From Chiloscyllium plagiosum (Eukaryota), in contig NC_057719.1 in NCBI RefSeq assembly GCF_004010195.1, positions 86,367,923-86,400,043 of the forward strand: a stretch of 32,121 nt of DNA, read 5' to 3'. A program made the position numbers and the translations under genes. Below are positions 11,288 through 22,753 of this stretch, in pieces. The notes beneath the pieces were generated by a model. The model saw only the letters and a list, made by a program, of their open reading frames with translations. It was not told the origin of the DNA and did no database searches. The first letter of the stretch is position 1. Every line of letters starts with the position of its first letter.

Positions 11288-11999
11288 AGCGAGTTTTGAG
11301 AAGATTTATAGCACAGGTTGAGGTTCTGGATGTAGGTTTGCTTGCAGAGCTGGAAGGTTCATTTTCAGACATTTTATCACTATACTAGTAACATCTTCAG
11401 TGAGCCTCCGAATGAAGCACTAATAGTGTAGCCTGCTTTCAATTTACATGTTTGGATTTCCTTGGGTTGGTGATGTCATTTCCTGTAGTGACATAATTTC
11501 CTATGGTGATGTCATTTCCTGTTCTTGCAAAAATACCTTTCAAGAATTGGAACAAATACTATATTTGACAAACAGGTAGAAAACTAGCCACCAGCATACA
11601 TGAACATCAGCTAGCCACAAAAAGACATGACCCACTCTCACTAGTAACCTTTCATACGGATGAGGAAGGACACCACTTCCTGGAACAACACATCCATCCT
11701 AGGACAAGCCAAGCAGAGACATGCACGACAATTCCTAGAACCATGGCATTCCAACTAGATCTCTTATCAACAAACATATTGACTTGGATCCCGTTTACCA
11801 CCCACTGAGAAAAAGAACTGGAAGTGACCTCACTATAAGAACTGATGTCACCATAGGAAATGACATCACCAACCCAAGGGAACCCAAACATATAAATAGA
11901 AAGCAGGCTACATTCATTGGCTCGCTGAAGATGTTACCTAGTATGGTGACAAAATATCTGAAAACAAACCTTCCAGCTCAGCGAGCAAATCTACATCCA
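11288..11999. mobile_element. Penelope-like element family C with inverted 5' pLTR, flanked by a 14-bp TSD
   Basis: TSD GTCTACATTA(A/G)GTT at 11274-11287 and 12000-12013. The + part encodes the GIY-YIG remnant KIPFKNWNKYYI*QTGRKLATSIHEHQLATKRHDPLSLV. 11320-11525 is the reverse complement of about 11815-11999. Confidence 0.88.
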
Positions 12000-12149
12000 G
12001 TCTACATTAGGTTTCTGCACTGACTTAAACTCCCTTAAAGAAACATGCAAAAATCTCTCAAAAATAGAAAAAAACTGGAAGAGGATTTTATCCTGATCTT
12101 TGGTGATGTTTCATCACTGAGGGATTTGAGGCATATGTTCTTCAGTTTG

Positions 12150-12465
12150 TATCACATTCACATCCAAGTCAGGAAACTATGGTTTCAACTTTATTCCTTC
12201 ATTTAAACTAACTGGCCCAATAGTGCACTGTTAAAGATCATCAATAATTGAAAATTAAATCATTCACTTTGGTGCAAAAGATCCCATGTCACTGCTCAAT
12301 GAATAGTGTCCCACTTTCCCTTGTTAATCAAAATAATCAAAAACAGATTAGCTAAATTTAACTGTATGATAGACCATGCTTTGAGCTTCCCTTGCCTGAA
12401 AAATAACAACACTCATTTAAAATTAAACTTTGAGATGCATGTAGGCTTAATATAAATCCAAGTGT
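12150..12465 (+). mobile_element. Highly degenerate Deu-domain SINE (SacSINE1-like)
   Basis: aaaagatcccatgtcactg...aaaacagattagct...tataaatccaagt resembles the recalled Deu-SINE consensus. By-eye match only. Confidence 0.45.
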
Positions 12466-12487
12466 GTACTAATAGTTACTTGATACG

Positions 12488-12677
12488 AAGGTAATATTGC
12501 CATAGTCTTACTAAACCAGAAAGCTGCTCTCCTATTAGAGAGAGATGACTGGTGATGGTTTTACCTGAGGGTCATCATGCCACAGGCAAAAGGAGGGGTT
12601 GAGAAAGATAATCCTTTGTTGGTGTCACTCTGCAATCGCAAACCAGCCATCCAGCCAACCAAGTTAAACTGACCCCC
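12488..12677 (-). mobile_element. tRNA-derived SINE copy (B-box region deleted)
   Basis: Shares attagagagagatgactg..gatggttt.acctgagggtca...gcaaaccagccatccagccaa with 25898-26123. Confidence 0.75.
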
Positions 12678-13034
12678 TTTTACTTGATATAAATCTTATC
12701 AGGCAGTGATGCAATCAAAAATATGGATGCAAAGGAGGAAGAGCCACTGAATCAATGCTAGGAAAGCATTAGGCTAATATCAGTAGGAATGCAATCATTA
12801 ACAGAATATGACATTCTAACCTGTAACAGGTTTTGAAATCTGGGGTAGACCCTGGCAATTCCTCCCCATGAATATCAACATTTATTGACACTGGAGGTAC
12901 CTGGCATCCAGGTTTACATGTAGCTGAGCTCACTTTTAGAATCTAATTCAAATGTAATTGTCTGTCAGTGTTTGAAATAGTAGAGTTAGGAAACCTTTCA
13001 GTTGAAGTACCTAGTCCTGATGTAGGTCTGTGTC

Positions 13035-14663
13035 GAAGAGCGTGGTGCTGGAAAAGCACATCCGGTCAGGCAGCATCCGAGGAGCAGGGGAATTGACGTT
13101 TCAGGCATAAACCCTTCATCAGGAATGAAGCTTGTGGGCCAAGGGGGCTGAAAAATAGATTGGCGGGGGTAACTGGGAAAGTGATAGGTAGATGAAGGTG
13201 AGGGTGAAAGTGATAGGTCAGAGAGGAGGGTGAAGCAGATACGTGGGAAGGAAGATGGACAGGTAGGACCGTTCAAGCAGGCGGTACCAAGTTAGAAGTT
13301 GCGACTGGGATAACGTAGGGGGAGGGGAAATAGGGAAACTGGTGAAATCCACATTGATCCCATGTGCTTGGAGGGTGCCAAGGTGGAAGATGAGGCGATT
13401 TTCCTCCAGGCGTCGGATGGTTAGGGTTTGGCGATAGAGGAGGCCCAGGACCTGCATGTCCTTGGCGCAGTGGGAGGTGGAGTTGAAGTTTTCAGCCACA
13501 GGGTAGTGGAGTTGGTTAGTGTGGGTAGCCCAGAAATGTTCTCTGAAACGATCCGCAAGTTGGCGTCCTGTCTCCCCTATGTAGAGGAGACCACATTGGG
13601 TGCAACAGATATAGTGGATGACGAATGTGGAAGTGAAGCTAAATTTCTGATGGATGTGGAAAGCTCCTTTGGGGCCTTGGACGGAGGTCAGGGGGACGTG
13701 TGGGCACAGGGTTTGTACTACTTGTGGCAGGGGAAGGTGCTGGGTGGGGAGGGTGGGTTGGTGGTGGTGGGGGAGCGTCGACGTGACAAGGGAGTCACTG
13801 AGGGAATGGTCTTTCCGAAATGTAGATACAGGTGGCGAGGGAAATGTATCTCTGGTGGTGGGGTCTGTTTGTGGGTGGCAGAAATAGCAGAGGATGATGT
13901 GATGTATCCAGAGGTTGGAATGTCTTGACTAGGGCAGTTCTGTCATGATGCGATTGGCGAGGTGGGGTTCAAGGGCAGAAGTGCAGGAAGTGGAGGAGAT
14001 CTGCTGGAGAGTATCATTGACCATGTGGGAGGGGAAATTGCATTCTTTGAAGAAGGAGGCCATCCAGGATGTGCTGTGGTGGAATTGGTCCTCCTGGAAG
14101 CAGATGAGGTGGAGGAATTGGGAATAAGGATAACGTTTTTACAGGAGGCAGGGTGGGAGGAGGTGTAGTCCAGGTACCTGTGTGAGTCGGTGGATTTGTA
14201 GTGGATGTACATATTGAATTGGTCGCTGGAAATGGAGATGGAGAGGTCCAGGAAGGGGAGGGAGGTGTCTGAGGTGGTCCAGGTAAACTTGAAGTTGGGG
14301 TAGAAGATATTTGTGAAGTTGATGAACTGTTCAACCTCCTCATGGGACCACAAGGTAGTACTGATCCAGTCATCGATGTAGCAGAGGATGAGGTGGGGAA
14401 TGGTGCCAGTGTAGCTGCCGAAGTTAGACTGTTCCAAATACCCAATAAAGAGGCAGGCATAGCTAGGACTTATGTGCGTGTCCATGGCTACCCCTTTGGT
14501 CTGGAGGAAGTGGGAGGATTGGAAGGAAAAATTATTGAGGGTGAGGACCAGTTCAGCCAGTTGGATGAAAGTGTCAGTGGAAGGGTATTGGTTGGGTCAA
14601 CGTGCGAGGAAGAAACTGAGGACTAGGAGACCTTCGTTATGGCGGATAGATGTGTACAGTTTC
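13035..14663 (-). mobile_element. 5'-truncated Penelope-like retroelement (family D; RT + GIY-YIG pseudogene) with 20-bp TSD
   Basis: RT motifs QTKGVAMDTHISPSYACLF...YIDD...FLDL...YKSTDSHRYLDYTSSHP, then GIY-YIG CTQCGLLYIGETGRQLADRFREH and RRLEENRLIFHLGTLQ. TSD TCCTGATGTAGGTCT(G/A)TGTC at 13015-13034 and 14664-14683. Confidence 0.92.
13095..13122 (-). ncRNA. Minimal hammerhead ribozyme motif in PLE terminus
   Basis: Minus strand CUGAUGA-AGG(GUUUAUG)CCU-GAA-ACGU-C. Core intact, first stem I pair lost. Confidence 0.65.
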
Positions 14664-15089
14664 TCCTGATGTAGGTCTATGTCTTAAAAACATCAGGTGA
14701 AGATTTATTCAGTTGCATATTTTCAATTCTTCAAAGTTTGCTGTTCCTCTGGAAGCAGGATAATATTAAATCCTTATGGAAACTCAATTCAAACCACACT
14801 CGTACAAAGAAGTCCATTTCTGGATTGCACTGAAACAGCTGGTTTCTGCCAGAGCTTGATTTTGAATTTGGCCACAAAGGAGTGTAGGGAGCTTCAAGGT
14901 CGGAAAAAAATACCAATGAAGTTTCCATCCTGATTACATTCAGTGATCCCTGCATTTTATCTATGGACATCATAGGAGGATTGACTTCAGCTCACAAATA
15001 AAGATTGAAAACTTGTCAAGCTGTCAAATAGCTAATGAGATCTGTGTCTACCAAGTACTTGGAGAAGAGAAATGGAAATAAACTGAAGC

Positions 15090-15258
15090 GTTTCAAAATA
15101 CATAATTCCATGAAAATGTAAAACTGTGGGTGTACCTATGCCCCTTGCACTGCAGTAGTTCAAAGCAACAACTTACCACTATCTGAATGAAAATTAGAGA
15201 TGAGCAATAAATGTTGCCAAAGGCAGCGACACCCACGCTCTGAGTGAATAGGAAAAAA
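15090..15258 (+). mobile_element. Degenerate LINE 3' tail (L2/CR1-clade type)
   Basis: actgtgggtgtaccta...ctgcagtagttcaa...gagcaataaatgttg...cagcgacacccac...gaataggaaaaaa. Recalled family match, by eye. Confidence 0.5.
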
Positions 15259-15845
15259 GTACTTAGAGATCCAAAATTCTAATTGTGTTATTCTAAGTAG
15301 TGGCATGGAGTGCAAAAGAACAGAAGTAATTATAAATTAATACAAAATACTGGCTAAACTACGCTCATAAAGAGTGGGGAGGGGTTGAGTGCCTGATGAG
15401 AGAGAAGAGGGGATTAAGGCATAGGATGGAAAAATGTGGATTCACTCAAATGATGATAAGGCACACTATTTGTGAAGCAATTGAAGATACGAGAATCATT
15501 ACCACTTCAGTAGAAATGGTTCAGGAAATTTGAGTGATTTCCCTTAAGTATGAAGAATTCTGATTGAATACAAAAATAAGACAATCCTCTTGGTTAGAAT
15601 CAATAACAAGTAAAGAGGTTAGAATAAATGTTTTAACATAATTGTTGGAACAGGGATTATTTTTATCACCCAAAGTTGAGAGTAATTTGAAATACAGATC
15701 TTAATTTAAAGATATTATGGCTATGGGGGATAAAATTGCAAAGTGTTTAATTGTGGATTACTCTACTAGAGAACCAGACCAGATGAGGTACACACTCGAA
15801 ATTGCAGTTACGGAAAATTCTGCTAATGATTTCCTTGTTTTTCAG

Positions 15846-15887
15846 GAAATTATGACGACAAAATTTGAGATTTCAAAAATGGAGTAA
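15846..15887 (+). CDS. TMEM87A: TMEM87 terminal coding exon (EIMTTKFEISKME*)
   Basis: Acceptor ttgtttttcag|GAA, stop TAA at 15885-15887. Ends in SKME like TMEM87A. Confidence 0.94.
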   Translation, partial: EIMTTKFEISKME

Positions 15888-16583
15888 AAATTACATGAAC
15901 ACAAAACATTGCACTTGTACTTGAAATAATAACTGTCGAGGAAAAGATGTCTTCAGACTGCACAAAGCACCAAAACTGTACAGTATCACATGACTTCACT
16001 GGGATTGGGTTGGCAGAGGTGTGTTTTATACATGGATAAAGTAAAATTCTGTTTATTTTAAATGACTAAATTATTTTGCTAGTGCTTGCCATAAGGTGTC
16101 TAGTTTGGGTAAAATTATGTTCTTTGTTCCAGTAAAATAGCTGGTCTGCTGCTATGCCTAAGCAAAAAGTGTTACAGAGAGGTCAAAGTTGCAAGTCAAC
16201 ACTACCCAGCTGATGTTATTTCTTACTTTCCAACTCCTCTTTGCCAAATGAAGTGAAAAATAGGGCTACCTCTGTACTCCGTGCCAGGTTTCTCACTAAC
16301 ATGCAGGCGTACACTGGAAATGTTGTATTACCACTAGTCCTGTGCAACTCCAGAGAATTATTTCCTGTTCCCAGGATACTTCTGGTGATAATTTGTGTAT
16401 AATTCCAGGAAAGAGGTCAGTTTAGTACATTTGGATTTGAGGAGCTGACTGCCAGTAATGCTGGCAGATGGACTGTGCATTTAGCTTCAATTGGCAGAAA
16501 AATTAAGTCTGTAAATCTAGTGTTGGAGAAGTTTGCTAAAACTATCAAGGCAGCCTTGTTGTGATTATCTTGTTTTCAAATCA

Positions 16584-16630
16584 AATAAAATTGTATGGGT
16601 GAAATTCCACAGCTGTTTTGTGTTTTTTAA
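16584..16630 (+). terminator. Probable polyadenylation signal of TMEM87 (about 0.7 kb 3' UTR)
   Basis: AATAAA at 16584-16589 followed about 25 nt later by a GU/U-rich tract (tgttttgtgtttttt). A second AATAAA lies at 17317. Confidence 0.55.
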
Positions 16631-17339
16631 GGATTTATTTAAAATGAAAAGCCCTCCATGTACTATCCCTAATGTATTAGTCAATTCTGCTCAACTAAGA
16701 GAACAATGATTTATCTTTTGGAGTCCTTTTTGTTTTAATTTTTTTTTAAAGTACGTCTTTTCATATAGTCAAAAAAGAAAAGAAAGTAAGGTTGAAGGCT
16801 GTTGCCAATCCTCTCAATAATCAACAGAAGTAGACATGAAAGCAAGAATAGAAGTAGGATGTTTAGCTCATAGGGACGAGCTTTTTCATATAATGTCCTT
16901 GGGAATGTTTTGTTTCTGTTAATCTGATCTCAACACTCAGGATTCAATCCACAGGACTGCATTACATCAGTTATTCCCATCATACCTTCATCATGCAGGT
17001 GCTTAGTTCTCATTCTTCCTGTTTGTTAACACACTAAACTATCGCAGTTGACATTTAAACTTATTTCCTATTTATCTCAAAGTCTGTTTACTAACTTTCT
17101 GGTATTGTTTTAGGCCTGAATTCTTAGTGATTCATTTTAAAGTACATTGCATACCTGGTCGGCAACAATATTTTACAACAGTTTAAATGGAAAACAAAAT
17201 TTGATCTTTCAGTCGTACGTTTCATGGCTAAGATCAAACTTGTTCCACCTTGCCTTTCAGATAAACTACATAACGCTCTTGTGATGGTTCTGGTGGACCT
17301 TTTCTCTCTGTCATTTAATAAAGCCAGGAGCACCTAACA

Positions 17340-18690
17340 ATAGACTCATAGAGCTATACAGAATGGAAACAGACCCTTCCGTCCTACTTGTCCATGACAA
17401 CCAGATATCCTAATTTAATTCCATTTGCCAGAATTTGCCCCATATCCATCTCAACCCTTCCTATTCGTATACCCATCCAGATACCTTTCAACATTGTAAT
17501 TGTACCAGCCTCGACTTCCTCTGGCACCTCATTCCATATACACACTACCCTGTGTGAAAAAAATGGCCCCTTGGGTAACTTTTAAATCTTTCCTCTCTCA
17601 CCTTAAACCTATACCCTCTAGGTTTGCGTTTCACTAACTTGGGGGAAAGACCTTGGCTATTCACACCCTCTATACCCTTCATGATTTTATAAACTTCTAT
17701 AAAGTCAACTCTCAGCCTCCAATGCCCTAGGGAACATAGCCCCAGCCTATTCAGGCTCTTCCAATATCTCAAGTCCTCCAAACCTGGCAATAACCTGTAA
17801 ATCGTTTCTGAATCTATTCAAATTTCACAACATCCTTCCTATAGGAAGGAGACCAAAATTGGACACAATCTTCCATAAGTGGCTGAACCAATGTCCTATA
17901 CAACCGTAACATGACTTCCCAACTCCTATACTCAATACACTGACCAATAAAGGCAAGTATACTTACTAAATGCCACCTTCACTATCCTGTTTACCCGCAA
18001 CTCTATTTTCAAGGAACAATGAACCCGCACTCTAAGGTCTCTTTGTTTAGTAACACTCCACAGGACCTTACCATTAAGTGTATAAGTCCTGCCCTAATTT
18101 GCCTTTCCAAAATGCAGCACCTCCCGTTTATCTGAATTAAACTCCATCTGCCACTCCTCGGTCCATTGGCCCATCTGATCATTGTCCCATTGTACTCTAA
18201 GGTAACCTTCTTTGCTGTAACTACACCACCAATTTTGGTGCCGTCTGTAAACTTACTAACTGTACCTTTTCTTTTCACATACAAATCATTTGGATAAATG
18301 ACAAAAAGCAGTGGACTCAGATCACTGCTGGTTACAAGCCTCCAGTCTGAAAAAAGCAAGCCTCTTTCCTATCTTCAAGCCAGTTCTGTATCCACATAGC
18401 TAGTTCTCACTGTACTCCATGTGATCTAATCTTGCTAACCAGTCTATGATATGGAACCTTATCAAACTTCTTGCTACAGTCCATGTGAATCATGTCCACT
18501 GCTCTCCCACTGACACCTCAGTTACCTGCCCTGTCTTATTTCCCAATAGTAGATCACGTTTTGTACCTTCTTTAGTAGGTACATACACATGCTGAATCAG
18601 AAATGTTTCTTGTACACAGTTTACAAATTCCTTTCCATCCAAGCCCTTAACGGGATGGCAATCCCAGCCTATGTTTTTAAAAAGTTAAAA
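17340..18690 (-). mobile_element. CR1 LINE ORF2 remnant (RT 3' end plus an endonuclease-region fragment)
   Basis: Minus translations PLLFVIYPNDL...VSKFTDGTKIGG and LRVDFIEVYKIMKG. CR1 3' tail at 17340. 18510-18690 gives KGLDGKEFVNCVQETFLIQHV (endonuclease region). Confidence 0.88.
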
Positions 18691-18790
18691 ATCACACAAC
18701 ACCAGGTTATAGTCCAACAGGTTTACATGGAAATACTAGCTTTTGGGGCACTGCTCCTTCATCAGGTAGCTAGTGGGGCAGGATCATAAT
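18684..18790 (-). mobile_element. Short PLE family A terminus with decayed hammerhead
   Basis: Reverse complement of about 280-377. Core at 18737-18765 has G12->A. Confidence 0.75.
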
Positions 18791-19092
18791 GTCATGCAAC
18801 TGTTTGACTCATTCCTTTTCCCAACTGCAGCAGTCTCAGACTGATCTCTTCTCTGTTTTCCCAGCCCCACCTTAAGTCCTTCCAAGCAACTCTAGCACAT
18901 CTCCCCACCAGTATATTAGTCTCCTTCCAATTCAGGTGCAATTCATTCTTCTTGTACAGGTCACTTCTCGCCCAGAAGATCCAAAAATGTGAATCCTTCT
19001 CCCTTGCACGAGCTCCTCAGCCAAGCATTCTTCTGCTCTATTCTCCTATCCCTACTCTCACTAGCCTGTGGCGGTGGGAGTAATCTAGAAAG

Positions 19093-19280
19093 GTGAAAGT
19101 GAGGACTGCAGATGCTGGAAATAAGAGTCAAGATTAGAGTAGTGCTGGAAAAGCACAGCAGGTCAGGCAGCACCTGAGGAACAGGAAAATCGACGTTTCG
19201 GGCAAAAGCCCTTCATCCTGATGAAGGGTTTTTGCCCGAAACGTCAATTTTCCTGCTCCTTGGATATTGCCCGACCTGCT
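19093..19280. mobile_element. Non-autonomous palindromic mini-PLE (family D), 13-bp TSD
   Basis: Perfect TSD GTAATCTAGAAAG at 19080-19092 and 19281-19293. Inverted repeat 19157-19280 with a 2-nt spacer. Confidence 0.9.
19218..19245 (+). ncRNA. Minimal hammerhead ribozyme motif
   Basis: CUGAUGA-A-GGGU(UUUU)GCCC-GAA-ACGU-C. Confidence 0.65.
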
Positions 19281-22114
19281 GTAATCTAGAAAGCACTACC
19301 CTCACGGATCTAATTTTCAGCTTCTTGCCTAATTTCCTATATTCTCTCCTCAGCAGCTCATCCTTTTCATACCTATGTCATTAGTTCCAATGTGTTACGA
19401 GAACCTCCTGCTGGACCCTCTTCCCCTTTTAGAATATACTGCACCCTCTCCAAGATTTTCCTGATCCTGGCACCAGGGAGGTAACACACCATTCTGATGT
19501 TTCATTGTTGACTGCAGAAATGTCTGTGCCTCTGACTAGACAGTCCCCTATCACAATTGATCACTTGGAACCTGACATACCCCTCATTATATTAGAGCCA
19601 GTCTCAGTACCAGAAACTTGGCTGTCAGTGCTACATTCCCCTGAGAGTCCATCAACCCCTACATTTTCCAAATCAGCATACTTGTTTAAGATGGGGATAG
19701 CCACAAGTGAATCCTGCTTTCCTGCCTATCCCATCTACCTGTCCTGGAGGTAACCTATCTACCGGACTGTATCTGCGGTTTTTCTTCCTTCCTGAAACTG
19801 CCATCCCGTGCACCCCCTGGCTCTTGCAAATTCCTTATTGCCTCTAACTGCCGCTTAATTCTCCCTCACCTCTCACATCTGACAAGCACATCCTTGTACC
19901 CTAACAATCTTTAGACCCAGAAAATAGCAGTCTTACTGCTCTAGAATAAGGTAGTATCTATGTTTTATATTATGAAAGTTTAATCAAGAGACAGAACTCT
20001 CAGGTTACACTTTCAAAAACAAGCCACTTTGCTGCTCCCTTGCTGTGTGCTCCCTACACAGGTTTCTCCAAAGTCAGCTGTGAATTTTACTGTTTATTTT
20101 TCTTAGAATGAACTCCTATGTCCAGGGATATTTGAAACTAAATGTCGGAGACAGTCAACAGTTAAGGTTCATTGCTGGGTCACATAGCTGTGCAGGTTTA
20201 CTTTTCTGTTTTTTCACCTCCGGTGTCCTATCTGCTTTATGTCTCACTTTTTAAAGTGTTATTGTTTTGATTTTTTTTTTGAAGTTTCAAAATACAACAG
20301 CTTATAAAACAGTAATTACTGCTCTAAAAATTCAAGGAAATCAGCTCCAACACTGAAAGTACTTCCAAAAAAGGAGCAGCTCTTACAGCCACAACTGTTT
20401 CCCACCCTCCATCCTGGATTATCTGTTGGCTGACATCAGGTACCATCATAGATCTGACATGCTTTATAGTTCACGTGTCCCAGTTTTAAGCATTTGGCAA
20501 TACGGGGGCTGTACTTCATTTGTCATTTCGTACATTTCCACAGCATCATCTAATCTCTGGGAAGAACTCCATCTCTTTAATCTTCTGTTTAAAAACACGA
20601 ATCTGTGAAATGTTGGTGCATCTCCAATATCCAAAACTGCTGTACTTTCGTTTTGCACTTATCTTACAAATATTTTTCTTTTGTGCCTGATGGAAAGGGT
20701 ACAACGGTGAGTCTAACTTGCTTCTTTGCTATACTGTTTGAACTTGCCAACATCTCGTCGAGGTGTACTTTCCCCAAATGTATGCCACATTCTATTGCTG
20801 AGCTGTCAAATTCTCATCATTCCTATCTGCTTCGGTATTTCACATCTCTTTCTTTTTAATTTACTCCTTGGCTTGTAACCTCCATCTCTTCTATAATCAT
20901 CTACAGGTTAAAACTGCCTATCTTCCAGTAATGGACTCTCAATCATATCTTAGTGATCTGACACATTCATTTTGATTATTTTTATGATTTTGCGCATTTA
21001 TATGTTTATCAAGGGTTATACGCATTCCATTTTGATACCTACTATCAAGAATCCAGAAAAAAGAAATGCATATACAGAGCAAAGCTTCTCCTAATCTGGC
21101 CCAATAATTTACCTAACCCCTGACTGCAAGTACAACCATCACATATCAGGATGGCATACTTTTTTTTCCATTTCCTTGAATAATCAACTTGTTGCCTCTG
21201 AGTAAGATTCAAATCGGTGTCAAATTAGAAGATTTTTTTAAACTGCGAATTCACAACCACTGAGAACTGTTTGCAAATCACCAAAAGACTTTCAGCTAGA
21301 TTAGTATGTTCAAGAGATACCACTCCATCAACTTGGAGTTCTGGGTCATTGTCTTTGCTGTACTTGGTTTGTGAATACATAAAAGAAGCAATATTCATGG
21401 AACTTTAAATAGAATGAATTCCAAACAGTGTTGTTCAAATTGGATTGAATCCGGTTTTGGAAGCTGAGTAAAAGGAATTCCAGCCTTTGCATGTAAAGAA
21501 TTTTTGCAGCATGGAAAAACGTCCATTGTATCCTGTATGCAATTTCGCATACAAAAACCATGTCAGAGGTCCTGAATTAACCCAAACCCTTAACTTTTTT
21601 CATAATATTTCAAATGTCTTGTGGTGTCTTTTTTTCTCTTGTGTGCTACATGAAATCAAAACATGAGGTAGGTGAAAGTACATATTATATTCTACCAGTG
21701 GCATCTTATGTTTTTGTTAGGTGGGAAATATTTTACATCTGCAATTTTGCACAATTTGTTGCTAAAGCATTCTTAAAGTATTCAGGTGAATTTGATACTT
21801 TATCCCAGTGGATAAATTACTTCCTGCATTAACAGTACTGACTTGTAGTTTTTATTATGTCAATTTCTCCCAATGTTTGAATCTTTAATTGCCAGCCATG
21901 TTTAAAACTTTAAAGCAATGCCTTACAAGATTTTCAGTATATTGAGCTCTGGTCATATTCAAAACAGCTGTGTATGAGAATCTCACTTGACGAAGCATCA
22001 AAGTCCAGCAATTCACTCATCAGTCAAAGCAATTGTGAACTTTGTTTTAATTAAGTTTATGAATAATTAATAGGACTGAGGCTTTGAACAGCTATACACT
22101 TTTAACAATTTTGG

Positions 22115-22266
22115 GAGCATCTCAAAGACTTCCCATCTCCAAGAATATGGCACACCCTCAGCACTGCAGTGATGTGTATCAACCTGGATTAGGAGCTCAA
22201 ATCTTTGGAATGGCATTTGGACCCATAATGTTGTGATTCAGATGTAAGTGTTAACCACTAAGTCAG
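22115..22266 (-). mobile_element. Degenerate tRNA-head/Deu-type SINE 5' fragment
   Basis: cacaccctcagcactgcagtg...cctggatt..gagctcaaatctttggaatggcatttggacccataat resembles the reverse complement of a SINE head. Confidence 0.55.
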
Positions 22267-22657
22267 CATGCACAGAAATGGGTGCCTACCACTGATTTTC
22301 ATGTCCCATTAAACAGAAGCAGGTGTTATAAATTGCCTGTCTTGCTATTTGTCTGCCTTTGTTGCAGCTTCCAGCATGCTGCAGAATACACTAACCCCAA
22401 TTCCAGCCAATGCCATGAAAAAATAGCATGTGTACACAGCAGATGAAACCAAAATGTTAGGAAATTGCCCAACTCTCATGAGGATGAAAATCTGTGCTCA
22501 GATAAGGATAATATTGTGACATTTTCCACATTGGTTCACACAGCAAAAGCCGCCAGTAAAGTATCCGAAGATGAACAGCGGCTAAGAGATTCATACAAAT
22601 GAATTCCTATGAACAGTAAAGACAGAACTGGTTCAATAAAGATCTCTGGTGGAGACC

Positions 22658-22753
22658 TGAAACACAAAGCAATTGCTGGCAACACCCAGCAAGTCTGACA
22701 GCATTTGTGGGAAGAAAGCAAAGTTAATGTTTCACTTTTGGTGCCTTCAGAAT
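22658..22753 (-). mobile_element. Degenerate PLE-terminus-like repeat (family E)
   Basis: Similar to 3385-3513 and to the reverse complement of 25699-25797. Remnant core ctgaagg...gtgaaacatt on -. Confidence 0.5.

Larger units (their letters stand above)
2260..15887 (+). other. TMEM87A: 3' portion of a TMEM87-family gene (last six coding exons; 5' exons lie upstream of the window)
   Basis: Six exons with GT-AG boundaries and compatible phases (0/2, 2/1, 1/0, 0/2, 2/0, 0/stop) join into a continuous frame. It matches the recalled TMEM87 C-terminus ([15 protein letters not shown]...EGMKMR...DLKWVEENVPSS..DVALPALLDSDEE...SKME*). Assignment to paralog A rather than B is tentative. Confidence 0.93.
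18860..19860 (-). mobile_element. CR1 LINE ORF1 (SGNH/GDSL esterase-like) remnant
   Basis: Minus translations IVIGDCLVRGTD (about 19520-19560) and NAWLRSSCKGEGFTFLD...LYKKNELHLNWKETNIL. Interrupted by the 19093-19280 insertion. Confidence 0.8.

Noticed and set aside
13428..13928. 166-aa plus-strand ORF
   Set aside because: Antisense to the PLE RT/GIY-YIG remnant, with no recognisable domain.
17200..17239. Pre-miRNA-like hairpin (TTTGATCTT...AAGATCAAA)
   Set aside because: Only about 15 bp of imperfect stem, too short for a pre-miRNA and not recognised.
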